From the NCBI GenBank assembly GCA_036722335.1, contig DAIMJI010000002.1, forward strand, positions 7,739 through 71,738: DNA of 64,000 nt, given 5' to 3'. The notes beneath the pieces were generated by a model, which saw only the letters and a list, made by a program, of their open reading frames with translations, was not told the DNA's origin and made no database searches. The DNA comes from Synergistales bacterium. GTDB taxonomy: Bacteria > Synergistota > Synergistia > Synergistales > 79-D21. This document shows, one piece after another, positions 1 to 8,805 of the stretch (positions are counted from its first letter, which is position 1; each line of letters opens with the position of its first letter). A program made the translations under genes and the position numbers.

Positions 1-132
1 GCTTACCATGAGTGCCTGCCATCCCGACAGCGTCCGGAACCTGGCTTCAACGTCGAACTTCCTCATGATTTCGTCGAGATCGATTTTCCCCGAGGTCTCG
101 ACGGATGCGTCCTGTTTCACTTCTTCCACCAA
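1..132 (-). CDS. TRAP transporter fused (4TM/12TM-type) permease, N-terminal fragment running off the window edge
   Basis: Not in the ORF track because it is truncated. Reverse-strand translation from TTG(132) or GTG(129) gives LVEEVKQDASVETSGKIDLDEIMRKFDVEARFRTLSGWQALMVS. This is an acidic leader followed by an R-x-L-S-G-W segment, typical of TAXI-type TRAP fused-permease N-termini. GGGGGA Shine-Dalgarno at 139-144. Confidence 0.4.
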   Translation of the reverse strand, partial: MVEEVKQDASVETSGKIDLDEIMRKFDVEARFRTLSGWQALMVS

Positions 133-186
133 GGCTAATCCCCCATTTCAGAAACGATGTTAAGCCATGAAACCCATTCTTTTAGT

Positions 187-705
187 CTAACGCAAATCTT
201 GCTGGCGTAAAACCCGGCTTGAAAGCGCCAGGGGAATCGAGATGACCCGCAGGCTCAGCTTTTTTCCCGGTACGAGCTCGTAAAGCCTGAATAGGCCGAA
301 ACCGTCCGCGGAGAGGATGTTTTTCCCGAGGTCGCTATTCCCCACGCGGTAAAAAAGAAGGTCCCAGGCGTTTCTCCCACCCCGGATGACAAACCAGCCG
401 GGGCAAGAAAGGAATCGACCATTTCTCGGGACTTCGGTGGGAAGGCCTGCGTTGTTCGAGCGGTATCGTTCCTCCCACTGCCAGATGCGTCCGCAAACAA
501 CACGATAATCGTCCTCGACCGGGGTTTTCTCGAGAGAGTGAATGATCCTGCTACGGAACCCCCATCCTTCCGGAACGGGAGAGGAAAAAAAAGTCCCCTC
601 GCCGTCAACGTTCATTGAAACGACGTTCACCGGCCAGCTCGCGAGGGTGACTCCCAACGAAAGGGTTAAGAGAGAAAAAAGAAAAAAACCCATTTTACGA
701 TGCAC
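187..705 (-). CDS. DUF1850-like exported/membrane-anchored protein (TRAP-TAXI accessory)
   Basis: 172-aa ORF with GTG start and an AGGAGAGGAG SD. N-terminal hydrophobic signal/anchor (GFFLFSLLTLSLGVTLA). The segment IIHSLEKTPVEDDYRV...RYRSNNAGLPTEV resembles, from memory, the HSVEKTPV...GAGLP core of DUF1850 proteins that sit just upstream of TRAP fused permeases. Confidence 0.5.
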   Translation of the reverse strand: MHRKMGFFLFSLLTLSLGVTLASWPVNVVSMNVDGEGTFFSSPVPEGWGFRSRIIHSLEKTPVEDDYRVVCGRIWQWEERYRSNNAGLPTEVPRNGRFLSCPGWFVIRGGRNAWDLLFYRVGNSDLGKNILSADGFGLFRLYELVPGKKLSLRVISIPLALSSRVLRQQDLR

Positions 706-730
706 GGCGACTCCTCTCCTGTGAAAGGGC

Positions 731-755
731 GAAAAAAAAAGCCCTTGTAAGGGCG
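731..755 (-). terminator. Rho-independent terminator downstream of tRNA-Arg
   Basis: On the minus strand: GCCCT-TACA-AGGGC hairpin (741-754) followed by a run of nine T (732-740). Confidence 0.7.
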
Positions 756-767
756 GGGTTTTCGTTT

Positions 768-844
768 TGGCGGGCCCGGCCAGACTCGAACTGGCGACCT
801 ACGGCTTAGGAGGCCGTCGCTCTATCCACCTGAGCTACGGGCCC
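768..844 (-). tRNA. tRNA-Arg (anticodon CCT), CCA encoded
   Basis: The reverse complement GGGCCCGTAGCTCAGGTGGATAGAGCGACGGCCTCCTAAGCCGTAGGTCGCCAGTTCGAGTCTGGCCGGGCCCGCCA folds as a cloverleaf. It has a 7-bp acceptor stem, a GTGGATAGAG D-loop, anticodon loop CT-CCT-AA and a TTCGAGT T-loop. Confidence 0.92.
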
Positions 845-884
845 ACCGGAACGTCCGATATATTACCACGCCTTTGAGGGGGGT

Positions 885-1826
885 TCAATCTCCCTTGGCC
901 CGTTCCAGGCTATTTGAAAGACGATCCAGCATGGGGCCATGGCTGGAGGCATAGTCGCGCCAGATGGAATCCGCCTCGGATATGTCTTCATGCATCCGGA
1001 TCACGAGATCCTGGACGCTCGGGAACTGCAGCTCTCCTCTCAGGTGATCGAGCAGGAGCACCGTCAGGGTTTTGCCGTAAAGGTCTCCCTCGAACCCGAT
1101 CAGGTGAGCTTCGACGCGCAAGGCCCTTATTCCGGAAAAAGTGGGATTGAAGCCAATGTTCAAGGCCGAAGCTTCCCACTTCCCCTCAACGAGCGAAGCC
1201 GCGGCATAGACTCCTCTCATGGGTACGAGCTTCTCGGGTGAGACCGCCAGGTTTGCCGTGGGGAATCCCAGGCTTCTGCCCCTCTGGTCACCCTTGACCA
1301 CGACACCTGAAAGAAAGAAAGGGTGTCCAAGAAGGGGTTCGGCCTTGCCGGTTTCACCCATCGAGACCTTTTGACGGATCAAGGTGCTGCTTACGCTTTC
1401 CTGCCCGACTTTCACCGGGGGGAGGATATCAATCGACCAATCCCTTGCCTTGCCCTCTTCGAGAAGGAAGTCGCAGTTTCCGGTCCTGCCCCTGCCGAAG
1501 CGGAAATTATCCCCGACAACCAACCCGGAAATGCCGTAATTGCCGGCTATCCAGTCCAGGAAATCGGAGGGCCTCATGTCCGCGAGTCCCCTCGTGAAAG
1601 GTATCCTTTCGAACCTGGGAATCCCGTGGTACTTTCCGAGGGCTTCCCTTTCGAGTTCCGTGAAAAGGTAATGAAAGGAAGTGCCGCAAAAAAGGGATTG
1701 CGGGTGTGGGCGAAAGGTTACGACTCCCCAATCATCGCCCTTCTCAAGGGCTCTTTCCTTTGCCGTCTCGAATAGGCGGGCATGGCCGAGGTGGAACCCA
1801 TCAAACGCTCCCAGGGCCGCTATCAT
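885..1826 (-). CDS. ribF: Bifunctional riboflavin kinase / FAD synthetase
   Basis: 313 aa. N-terminal GAFDGFHLGH nucleotidyltransferase motif and a C-terminal riboflavin-kinase domain (GFPTANL...GVY). ATGA overlap with the truB stop. Confidence 0.9.
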   Translation of the reverse strand: MIAALGAFDGFHLGHARLFETAKERALEKGDDWGVVTFRPHPQSLFCGTSFHYLFTELEREALGKYHGIPRFERIPFTRGLADMRPSDFLDWIAGNYGISGLVVGDNFRFGRGRTGNCDFLLEEGKARDWSIDILPPVKVGQESVSSTLIRQKVSMGETGKAEPLLGHPFFLSGVVVKGDQRGRSLGFPTANLAVSPEKLVPMRGVYAAASLVEGKWEASALNIGFNPTFSGIRALRVEAHLIGFEGDLYGKTLTVLLLDHLRGELQFPSVQDLVIRMHEDISEADSIWRDYASSHGPMLDRLSNSLERAKGD

Positions 1827-2752
1827 GTCCTTTCCTCCACCGCAAGCACGACGTCGGGCCTGAAGGAGAGCACGCCCTGGCCGGGCGCCTCAGGCAAGGC
1901 AAAGGAAACTAGCCTGGGTGTCCTGAGCGCGACATGGCCGGATTCGGGGATGAACCCCCAGTGAAGGCGAGCGAGGCGGTCGAAAGGGATTGGTTTCCCG
2001 TTCCTGAGATCCGCCTCGAGCTCTTCCGGTACCCTGTAGGTCAAGAAATGGTCAAGCAGGCTGTCCAACGGGAGAATGGCTTTTTCGAAAGACAAGGGGC
2101 CTCCGGACAAAAGGGTGTCGAGAGGACTTGCCTGGTTGAGGTCAAACATACCAATGGAAAGTCTCCTGAGCGACCGGACATAGGCACCGCAGCCCAGTCG
2201 CCTTCCAAGGTCACGAACGAGGCTTCGCACGTAGGTTCCCTTGTGGCAGGTGATCCCGAACCGTATCATGCCGGATGAATCCGGCCCCTCGACCTTTGAG
2301 AAGGAGTCGATCTTGACGGGCCGGGGTGAAATCGAGGGATTGTATCCAGACCGCGCGATTTCGTGGGCCCGCCTGCCGGAGACATGTACGGCTGAAATGG
2401 AGGGTGGAACCTGGTTCCGCAATCCCAGGAACCCAAGCAGGGACTCCTGGATTTTTCCCGGCGTGACTCCTTCCCACGCGGATTGAGCGGAAATGACTCC
2501 CGTAGCGTCATCGGTGTCTGAAAAGGCCCCAAGCTGGGCTTCAACCTCGTATTTCTTGTTTAGGGCCTGGGCGAAAGCGCAAGAGCGGGTTGCCGCCCCG
2601 ATAAGAAGGAGGAGAAGACCCGACGCGGGACTATCCAGGGTTCCGCCGTGTCCAACCTTGCATTTTTTACCGAGGGCTCTCCAGGTCCTCTCTACGCAGG
2701 AGGTGCTGGTCTCCCCGGGCTTCTTGTCCAGGAGCAGGATCCCGTCAAACAT
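1823..2752 (-). CDS. truB: tRNA pseudouridine(55) synthase
   Basis: GILLLDKKPGETS and HGGTLDSPASGLL motifs. The start is placed at the internal ATG (2752, MFDGILLL) rather than the ORF-track start at 2797, which would overlap the upstream gene by 53 nt. Confidence 0.9.
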   Translation of the reverse strand: MFDGILLLDKKPGETSTSCVERTWRALGKKCKVGHGGTLDSPASGLLLLLIGAATRSCAFAQALNKKYEVEAQLGAFSDTDDATGVISAQSAWEGVTPGKIQESLLGFLGLRNQVPPSISAVHVSGRRAHEIARSGYNPSISPRPVKIDSFSKVEGPDSSGMIRFGITCHKGTYVRSLVRDLGRRLGCGAYVRSLRRLSIGMFDLNQASPLDTLLSGGPLSFEKAILPLDSLLDHFLTYRVPEELEADLRNGKPIPFDRLARLHWGFIPESGHVALRTPRLVSFALPEAPGQGVLSFRPDVVLAVEERT

Positions 2753-3710
2753 GGGCTTCACGAATTTCTTCCCGGAATCGCTGAAAAGCCCCTTCAAGGG
2801 GAAGCGGCAGCTTCATTCCCGCCGCGTTCGGGTGCCCTCCCCCACCGTGCTTGTGAGCGATCTCCGAGGCGGGGATCTTCCCTCTGGACCGAAGGCTCAC
2901 ACGTACGTGAGCGTCGTTCTCGACAAGCAAGGCGGAAAACTGAGAGCCGCGGACTCGCAGGAGGTCGCTTGAAAGACCCTCTGTTTCCGAATAGTCCGCA
3001 CCGGTCTCCTTGAAATCGGATTTGGACAGCCAGGTCAGGGCAATTCCCTTCTCAGGGTCAAAATCGAGTCTCGAGAAAGCCCTTCCCCTGAGCCGGAGTG
3101 CCTGAGGGGAGACATTGCAGTAAAGCAGCAGGTCCATCAGTTCGGGCAGGACACCTTTCTCCAGGAGGTCCGAAGCCATCAAATGAGATCGCGGGGTCGT
3201 GCAGGAATACATGAAACGCCCCGTGTCCGTGACGAGTCCCGTGTAGAGCGCAATGGCTTCTTCCTTCGACACCGGGCCGCCTAACCGGGACATGATTTCC
3301 CAGACAACTTCAGCCGTGGCTCCGGCTTTCGGGTCGACCAGGTTAATGTGGGCAAACCGGGAGTTGTCTCCATGATGATCGATATTGATTGCGAAAAAAC
3401 TGGAGAGATCCTTAACTGGAATGGTCCTTCCAGGATTGGTCGTGTCGAGGAAAACGACAAGAGACCCCTCGGGTGCCTGAAGTTCACCAAGGGTCTCGTA
3501 ACGCTCGGAGAAAGGAAGGAACGCATAAGCCTCGGGGAGGGAATCCGGTCCGGCCCAAAGAACCGTCTTTTCAAGGCGCATGCCAAGCGCGTACAGGGCG
3601 CTTCCGCAACCCAGGGTATCTCCGTCCGGCTGCTCATGGGAAAGAAGGGTCCAATGCGGAGAAATGGCCAGTTTTTCTACAGCTTCCGAAAGGGATGCCG
3701 CGTATGCCAT
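2745..3710 (-). CDS. nrnA: DHH/DHHA1 phosphoesterase (NrnA-like oligoribonuclease/pAp phosphatase)
   Basis: Motifs HEQPDGDTLGCGSAL, DHHGDN and GGGGHPNAAG. The start is uncertain: ATG 3710 lies directly after the rbfA stop, and the alternatives are 3725 and 3782. Confidence 0.8.
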   Translation of the reverse strand: MAYAASLSEAVEKLAISPHWTLLSHEQPDGDTLGCGSALYALGMRLEKTVLWAGPDSLPEAYAFLPFSERYETLGELQAPEGSLVVFLDTTNPGRTIPVKDLSSFFAINIDHHGDNSRFAHINLVDPKAGATAEVVWEIMSRLGGPVSKEEAIALYTGLVTDTGRFMYSCTTPRSHLMASDLLEKGVLPELMDLLLYCNVSPQALRLRGRAFSRLDFDPEKGIALTWLSKSDFKETGADYSETEGLSSDLLRVRGSQFSALLVENDAHVRVSLRSRGKIPASEIAHKHGGGGHPNAAGMKLPLPLEGAFQRFREEIREAHV

Positions 3711-3711
3711 T

Positions 3712-4122
3712 TCAGTGTTGCTCATCCTCAGTTCCTTCAGTGCCTGGCTGTTTCCCCGGAGGAAGGTTCTCCTGGGTTTCACTTTCCCGCTTCAATCGAT
3801 CGAGGACCGCATCCATTTCACGCGCTTTTTCCTCGCTCAAGTCCACGATAAACCTGAACTCCGGGATGGTTCGAAGCCGCATTTCCTTTCCGAGGACGCT
3901 TCTGATAAGACCTTCGACGGAATCAAGTCCCGCTTTTACCGCTTCCTGCTCCGCAGGGTCGATAGTCGTAAAGAAAACCTTCGCGAAACTCAAGTCTCTC
4001 GAGCACTCAACCCCTGTAAGGATCGCTTTTCGGGCACACTCGTTCTTGATCCGCCCCTGGAGGAGCAGCGAGATTTCCCTGAGAAGCTCCTTGTTAATCC
4101 TCTCTATTCGAAAACTCGTCAT
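3712..4122 (-). CDS. rbfA: Ribosome-binding factor A
   Basis: MTSFRIERINKELLREISLLL is an RbfA-type N-terminus. The conserved position follows infB/DUF503. The track ORF (to 4254) carries a 44-aa extension that I reject. Confidence 0.85.
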   Translation of the reverse strand: MTSFRIERINKELLREISLLLQGRIKNECARKAILTGVECSRDLSFAKVFFTTIDPAEQEAVKAGLDSVEGLIRSVLGKEMRLRTIPEFRFIVDLSEEKAREMDAVLDRLKRESETQENLPPGKQPGTEGTEDEQH

Positions 4123-4429
4123 AGGAACCGACCTTTCTTCGCAAGGCGAGCATTTCGAAGTCCAGGCTGTCGCTCTGTCTCTCCAGAACTCCTTCGACCT
4201 GGTCCAGTATGGTTCGGACGCGCCCGATTCCGTTAGAGGTACAGGCAACGGCAATCCTTGCCTGGGACCAGGAATCTTCGGGCCCGAGATCTGACACCGA
4301 AACGTTTTCAGCCCGTCGGACCTGTTCCAGGACTGACCGGACGACCTGCCTGCGGTCTTTCAGGCTCCTGCTCCCCGATATTTCGATATCCGCGAGCAGG
4401 AGCCCGAAAAAAAAGTTTATGCCGCTCAT
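4094..4429 (-). CDS. DUF503 (YlxP-like) protein
   Basis: [33 protein letters not shown] matches the DUF503 signature (L.L.G..SLKDKR.vv). ATGA overlap with the infB stop. The position between infB and rbfA is the conserved one. Confidence 0.75.
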   Translation of the reverse strand: MSGINFFFGLLLADIEISGSRSLKDRRQVVRSVLEQVRRAENVSVSDLGPEDSWSQARIAVACTSNGIGRVRTILDQVEGVLERQSDSLDFEMLALRRKVGSYDEFSNRED

Positions 4430-6417
4430 TCCAGGTGGCGTTTCTCCTCCACGATTTCGTAGCATTCAACGTGGTCGCCTTCCTTGAAGTCATGGAAATT
4501 GGCGAAGCTCATACCGCACTCGAACCCGCCCGTCACTTCCCTGGCGTCATCCTTGAAGCGCTTCAGGCTTGAAAGACTCCCGTCCCAGTAAACGACCCCG
4601 TCTCGAATGAGACGGATTTTCCCGTTTCTCCGTATCGTCCCTTCAAGCACGTAGCATCCCGCGATCTTGCCCACCTTCGGGACCTTGAAAGAGGCCCGGA
4701 TCTCGGCCTGTCCCAGGATCTTCTCCCGAAGGGCGGGAGCAAGGAGTCCCTCCATCGCGGAACGGATGTCGTCAATAACATCGTAAATGATGTTGTAGAG
4801 GCGGATTTCGATTCCTTCCGCATCGGCGACCTTCTTCGCGTTCGAGTCAGGGCGCACGTTGAAGCCAATGATGAGAGCTTTCGAAGCGGCAGCAAGCATG
4901 ACATCCGATTCCGAGATCCGGCCGACGCCCTCGTGAACGATATTGATGCCGACTTCGTCTGTCCCAAGCTTCAGCAAGGACCCTCTCAGCGCTTCCAGCG
5001 AACCCTGCACATCGCATTTAAGGACAAGGCTGAAGACGTGGGTTTCGCCTTCACGGAGCTGCTGGTAGAACTCTTCGAGTGTCAGCCTTCTCGCGGTGCC
5101 CCTTTCGGCCTCCCTGAGGGCCTGGTTCCTGGAATCGATGCAATCGCGGGCTTCGCGCTCGTTCAGCGCTTTCCGGAAACGTTCTCCAGGGTTTGGAAGC
5201 TTATCAAGGCCAAGGACTTCTACAGGGGTGCTGGGGCCGGCTTCGACGACCCAGTGCCCCTGGTCGTCAAGAAGGCCGCGGACACGGCCACAGGTGCTTT
5301 CGCATAGGACGATGTCGCCTCGCCGCAAGGTCCCATTCTGGACGATCAGCGTTGCCACGGGTCCCTTCCCCTTGTCCAGTTTGGCTTCGACAACGACCCC
5401 TTCACCGTCTTGTGCCGGATCAGCCTTGAGTTCGGCCATTTCGGCGACCAAGAGGATCATTTCCAGCAACTGGTCCATGCCCAGCCCGCTCTTGGCGGAA
5501 ACGTCGACAAACACCGTGTCGCCACCCCACTCCTCCGGTATCAATCCCTGGTCGGAGAGTTGCTGGCGAACCCGGTCAGGCCTGGCATCCGGTTTATCGA
5601 TCTTGTTGACGGCAACGATGATCGGGACGCCTGCGGCCTTGGCGTGATTCAGGGCTTCAACAGTCTGGGGCATGACTCCGTCGTCGGCTGCACAGACGAG
5701 AATAGCGATGTCAGTGACCTGTGCGCCTCTTGCCCGCATGGAAGTGAAGGCCTCGTGGCCGGGAGTGTCCAGGAATACTATTTTCTTGCCCTCGTGCTCG
5801 ACAACGGAAGCACCTATGTGCTGGGTGATTCCGCCGGCTTCCTTCGCGGCGACGGCAGTCTTGCGGATATAGTCCAGGAGCGTTGTCTTCCCATGGTCGA
5901 CATGTCCCATGACCGTTACGATCGGAGGACGGTCAACCATTCCGCTTGAGACGGGGGCGGCCTTCTTGCGGATCGTCGGGATTTTTTCCTCCGTTTCGGC
6001 CTCCTCCACGAGCAGGAGGTGCTTTCCGGCAAGTTCCTCGATCCGGGAGAGCGTTTCCTCTTCGATCCTGGCCGTTGCGGGAACCATGAGTCCAACCGTG
6101 ACCAGGTGCTTGACGACTTCTGCCGTTCCAAGGCCGAGCCTTTCGGCTACCTCGCGAATCGTGATTCCGGCCGGAATCTCCACGGTTTCGGGTTGGAAAG
6201 CGTCTTCAACGGGGCTGACGACCTTTCCCGCGGCCGTATCTTTCTTGCGCCGTTCCCTGACGGTTTCTTCCAGTATCTGGGCAACTTCCGTGTCGATCGA
6301 ACTCATGTGGGTTTTCACGTCAACTGCCAGATCCTGGAGTATTTCCATCAGTTCCTTGTTGGAAACCTCAAGCATTTTGGCCAGTTCATAAACTCTGATC
6401 TTACTCAATGACATCAC
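4426..6417 (-). CDS. infB: Translation initiation factor IF-2
   Basis: 663 aa with G-domain motifs [20 protein letters not shown] and NKID. The IF2 N-terminus is [10 protein letters not shown]. Confidence 0.95.
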   Translation of the reverse strand: MMSLSKIRVYELAKMLEVSNKELMEILQDLAVDVKTHMSSIDTEVAQILEETVRERRKKDTAAGKVVSPVEDAFQPETVEIPAGITIREVAERLGLGTAEVVKHLVTVGLMVPATARIEEETLSRIEELAGKHLLLVEEAETEEKIPTIRKKAAPVSSGMVDRPPIVTVMGHVDHGKTTLLDYIRKTAVAAKEAGGITQHIGASVVEHEGKKIVFLDTPGHEAFTSMRARGAQVTDIAILVCAADDGVMPQTVEALNHAKAAGVPIIVAVNKIDKPDARPDRVRQQLSDQGLIPEEWGGDTVFVDVSAKSGLGMDQLLEMILLVAEMAELKADPAQDGEGVVVEAKLDKGKGPVATLIVQNGTLRRGDIVLCESTCGRVRGLLDDQGHWVVEAGPSTPVEVLGLDKLPNPGERFRKALNEREARDCIDSRNQALREAERGTARRLTLEEFYQQLREGETHVFSLVLKCDVQGSLEALRGSLLKLGTDEVGINIVHEGVGRISESDVMLAAASKALIIGFNVRPDSNAKKVADAEGIEIRLYNIIYDVIDDIRSAMEGLLAPALREKILGQAEIRASFKVPKVGKIAGCYVLEGTIRRNGKIRLIRDGVVYWDGSLSSLKRFKDDAREVTGGFECGMSFANFHDFKEGDHVECYEIVEEKRHLE

Positions 6418-6745
6418 CTTCCCGTCTCAAATCCTCCAGGAGCATTTCGGTAAACTGGCTTGCTGTCCGCAAGCCGACAACCTGGGCTGAAGCGAGCCCC
6501 AAGGCTGCTCCGAGTTCCCAGCGCGAGACCGTTTCCAGATGAAAGACCCATTTTGCCCTTTCATGGGCGATGCCGGCAAGCCGGCGTTCGACTGCCGGAG
6601 AGGCATCTTGGGAGAAAAAGAGGATAAAAGGTCCCTTTCCGGCGGATATCGCGGCCCGCAACCTGTCTTGCCCGATTACGGTCTCACCGGCCCGGCGGGC
6701 AAGCCCCAACTTGCGGAGGAAGTTCTTTTCGAGGTACTCCTTCAA
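6401..6745 (-). CDS. ylxQ: L7Ae-family RNA-binding protein YlxQ
   Basis: 114 aa. LGLARRAGETVIG is an L7Ae/L30e-like motif. The conserved position is between ylxR and infB. Confidence 0.75.
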   Translation of the reverse strand: MKEYLEKNFLRKLGLARRAGETVIGQDRLRAAISAGKGPFILFFSQDASPAVERRLAGIAHERAKWVFHLETVSRWELGAALGLASAQVVGLRTASQFTEMLLEDLRREGDVIE

Positions 6746-6748
6746 TCC

Positions 6749-7048
6749 CTATTCCTCCGTCGGGGACAGAGTTTCGATATAGGCCGAAAGCTCTTCGTAG
6801 AAGGAGGGAGGAACCTCAACTTTAAGGCATCTAGTGAGGGCCTTCCTCCGGCGGGCTTCCTTGAGGCACTCCGGGTTCGGGCAAATGTAGGCGCCCCTGC
6901 CCGCTGCCTTTCCGGTCGGATCGATGGCAATCCCCCCGTCGGGTTTCCTGACGATCCGTAAAAGCCCTCTCTTCGGAGCCTCTTCCCCGCATCCCACGCA
7001 GGTGCGAGGCCTTGTCCTCCTTACTGTTCCTGGCTCTCTCCGGACCAT
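6749..7048 (-). CDS. ylxR: YlxR/DUF448 RNA-binding protein
   Basis: RTCVGCGEEAPKRGLLRIV...GRGAYICP is the canonical DUF448 motif. It lies immediately downstream of nusA. Confidence 0.8.
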   Translation of the reverse strand: MVRREPGTVRRTRPRTCVGCGEEAPKRGLLRIVRKPDGGIAIDPTGKAAGRGAYICPNPECLKEARRRKALTRCLKVEVPPSFYEELSAYIETLSPTEE

Positions 7049-8157
7049 AAATCCTTCGTTTCCCCCTTGATTATATCTTCAAAGAGGTCCTGCAAAGTCG
7101 GCATTCGCTCGGGTTCAAGCACCTTGATGTCGATTTTCCAGCCCGTCAGCCTTGCGGCCAAACGGACATTCTGCCCTGCCTTGCCGATGGCTAGCGAAAG
7201 CTGGTCAGGGCGAACATAAACCTTGACCGATTTCTCCGACTCCAGAACAGGCTCGACCTTGACGATCTTGGCCGGAGAAAGCGAGTTCCTGATGTACTGG
7301 AGCGGATCGGTGTTCCAGATAATGATATCGATCCTTTCGTCTCCCAGTTCGGAACTGATCGACTTGATCCGGGTTCCCTTGTTTCCTACGCAGGCACCAA
7401 CAGGATCGACGTTCGGGTCCAGTGTGGAGACCGCGACTTTTGCTCTCGCACCGGCTTCCCTTACGATACCCCTGATTTCCACGGTTCCCTCCCGGATTTC
7501 CGGGACCTCGAGTTCCAGGAGGCGGCGTAATAGCCCCGGGTGGGTCCTTGAAACGACGATCCTCGGCCCCTTGCTTGTGCGCCGCACGTCAAGGAGAAGG
7601 AATTTCATCCTGTCGCCGGAGTTGTAGTTTTCGGCCAGGATTCTCTCCTCCCGGGGCAATATGGCCTCGGATCTCTCGCTGAGCCTCACCAGGACCTGGT
7701 CTCCCTCGGATTTGAAGATGACCCCGTTGACGAGGTAGCCGATCCGGTCCGAGAACTCCTCGAAGATGACCTGTCTTTCCGCATCCTTTATCCTCTGGAG
7801 GATGACCTGTCTCGCGGTCTGGGCGGCAATACGCCCGAAATCCTCCGGAAAGACCTCGATCCGGACGAGGTCTCCTGCGGCCAGGTCGGGGAATCCCATC
7901 TTTTCTCCTTCAGCGACGGTCATCTGGGTGTCGGGATCCGTGACTTCCTCACAGACCTGCTTGACCTCGTAAAGAACCATGGCTCCGTTTTCCGGCTCGA
8001 TATGGACTTCCACGTTCTGGTTTCCTCCCCGGTGCTTCCTATAGGACGAAACCAGGGCAGCTTCGAGGCTGGAGATGATGATCTCGGACGATAGTCCCTT
8101 TTCCTGCTCGATTTGTTTCAACGCCTTGATGAAATCCTTCCCAAGCTGCATGGTCAT
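7021..8157 (-). CDS. nusA: Transcription termination/antitermination factor NusA
   Basis: 378 aa with N-terminal, S1 and two KH domains (GACVGNKGTRIKSI, AIGKAGQNVRLAARL). There are no C-terminal acidic repeats. Confidence 0.95.
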   Translation of the reverse strand: MTMQLGKDFIKALKQIEQEKGLSSEIIISSLEAALVSSYRKHRGGNQNVEVHIEPENGAMVLYEVKQVCEEVTDPDTQMTVAEGEKMGFPDLAAGDLVRIEVFPEDFGRIAAQTARQVILQRIKDAERQVIFEEFSDRIGYLVNGVIFKSEGDQVLVRLSERSEAILPREERILAENYNSGDRMKFLLLDVRRTSKGPRIVVSRTHPGLLRRLLELEVPEIREGTVEIRGIVREAGARAKVAVSTLDPNVDPVGACVGNKGTRIKSISSELGDERIDIIIWNTDPLQYIRNSLSPAKIVKVEPVLESEKSVKVYVRPDQLSLAIGKAGQNVRLAARLTGWKIDIKVLEPERMPTLQDLFEDIIKGETKDLWSGESQEQ

Positions 8158-8179
8158 GCCTCCTCAAAAACCTCAGTGC

Positions 8180-8662
8180 TTAATTCTTTTCTCCTTCATC
8201 GTAGACCAGGTTGGCCTTTCGGATCGATTCATGGGGGAACACGACAGAAGACCCATCCTCCATCAACAGGACGATCTTCCCCTCCTCCGTCGCATGGATC
8301 AGTCCCTTGAAATTCTTTTGGCCGTTCAGGCTTTCCCTGAGTTGAACCTTTGCTTTTCTTCCCTTGAAACGCCTGAATTCCTCAAACTTTCGCAAGGGCC
8401 GTTCTATTCCAGGCGAACTCACCTCGAGAAAATGCCTTCCCCTGAAAAAAAGGTCGATTTCTTCCTGTACTTCAACCAGGGCCCGGGAAACCTTCTCGCA
8501 GTCGTCAACCCCGATGCCTTCGAGTGAGTCTATCGTTACGCGGAGTATCGGGCGCCCATCTTCATGCGTCAGTTCGACATCGAGGCATTCGTAACCTGCC
8601 TTTTCGACGGTTTCCCGAATGATCCCGACCAGCTTAAGGCGGCGTTCCCTGCGCGGGTCCAA
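8180..8662 (-). CDS. rimP: Ribosome maturation factor RimP
   Basis: 160 aa, TTG start with a GGGGGAGG SD 8 nt upstream. Contains RimP-like LEVSSPGIERPL. It is the first gene of the nusA-infB cluster. Confidence 0.85.
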   Translation of the reverse strand: MDPRRERRLKLVGIIRETVEKAGYECLDVELTHEDGRPILRVTIDSLEGIGVDDCEKVSRALVEVQEEIDLFFRGRHFLEVSSPGIERPLRKFEEFRRFKGRKAKVQLRESLNGQKNFKGLIHATEEGKIVLLMEDGSSVVFPHESIRKANLVYDEGEKN

Positions 8663-8680
8663 TTTTTTGTCCTCCCCCAG

Positions 8681-8715
8681 TTAAAAGACTAAGAGTGGGC
8701 GGGGCCCACTCTTAG
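8681..8715 (-). terminator. Terminator-like hairpin. It could be the guaB terminator, a rimP-nusA leader attenuator, or both.
   Basis: The minus-strand RNA CUAAGAGUGGGC-CCC-GCCCACUCUUAG forms a 12-bp perfect stem (8689-8715) followed by UCUUUUAA. It ends only 18 nt before the rimP start codon. Confidence 0.55.
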
Positions 8716-8749
8716 ATGTGAACACGGACAAAATGATGCGCAAACGTGA

Positions 8750-8779
8750 GTATAGCATGCCTACCCTCGTCCATTCAAG
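8750..8779 (-). promoter_or_regulatory. Candidate sigma-70 promoter for the rimP-nusA-infB operon
   Basis: Minus strand TTGAAT (8779-8774), an 18-nt spacer, then TATACT (8755-8750). It lies between the guaB stop and the hairpin. Confidence 0.4.
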
Positions 8780-8805
8780 GGAACATGCGTCAAGTGCGCG
8801 ACGGC

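Noticed and set aside
3712-4254. 180-aa rbfA ORF, and a 123-aa DUF503 ORF at 4094-4465, taken at their longest extents.
   Set aside because: The longest-ORF starts create 130-nt and 40-nt overlaps with upstream genes. Internal ATGs (4122 and 4429) give canonical N-termini and ATGA-type coupling.
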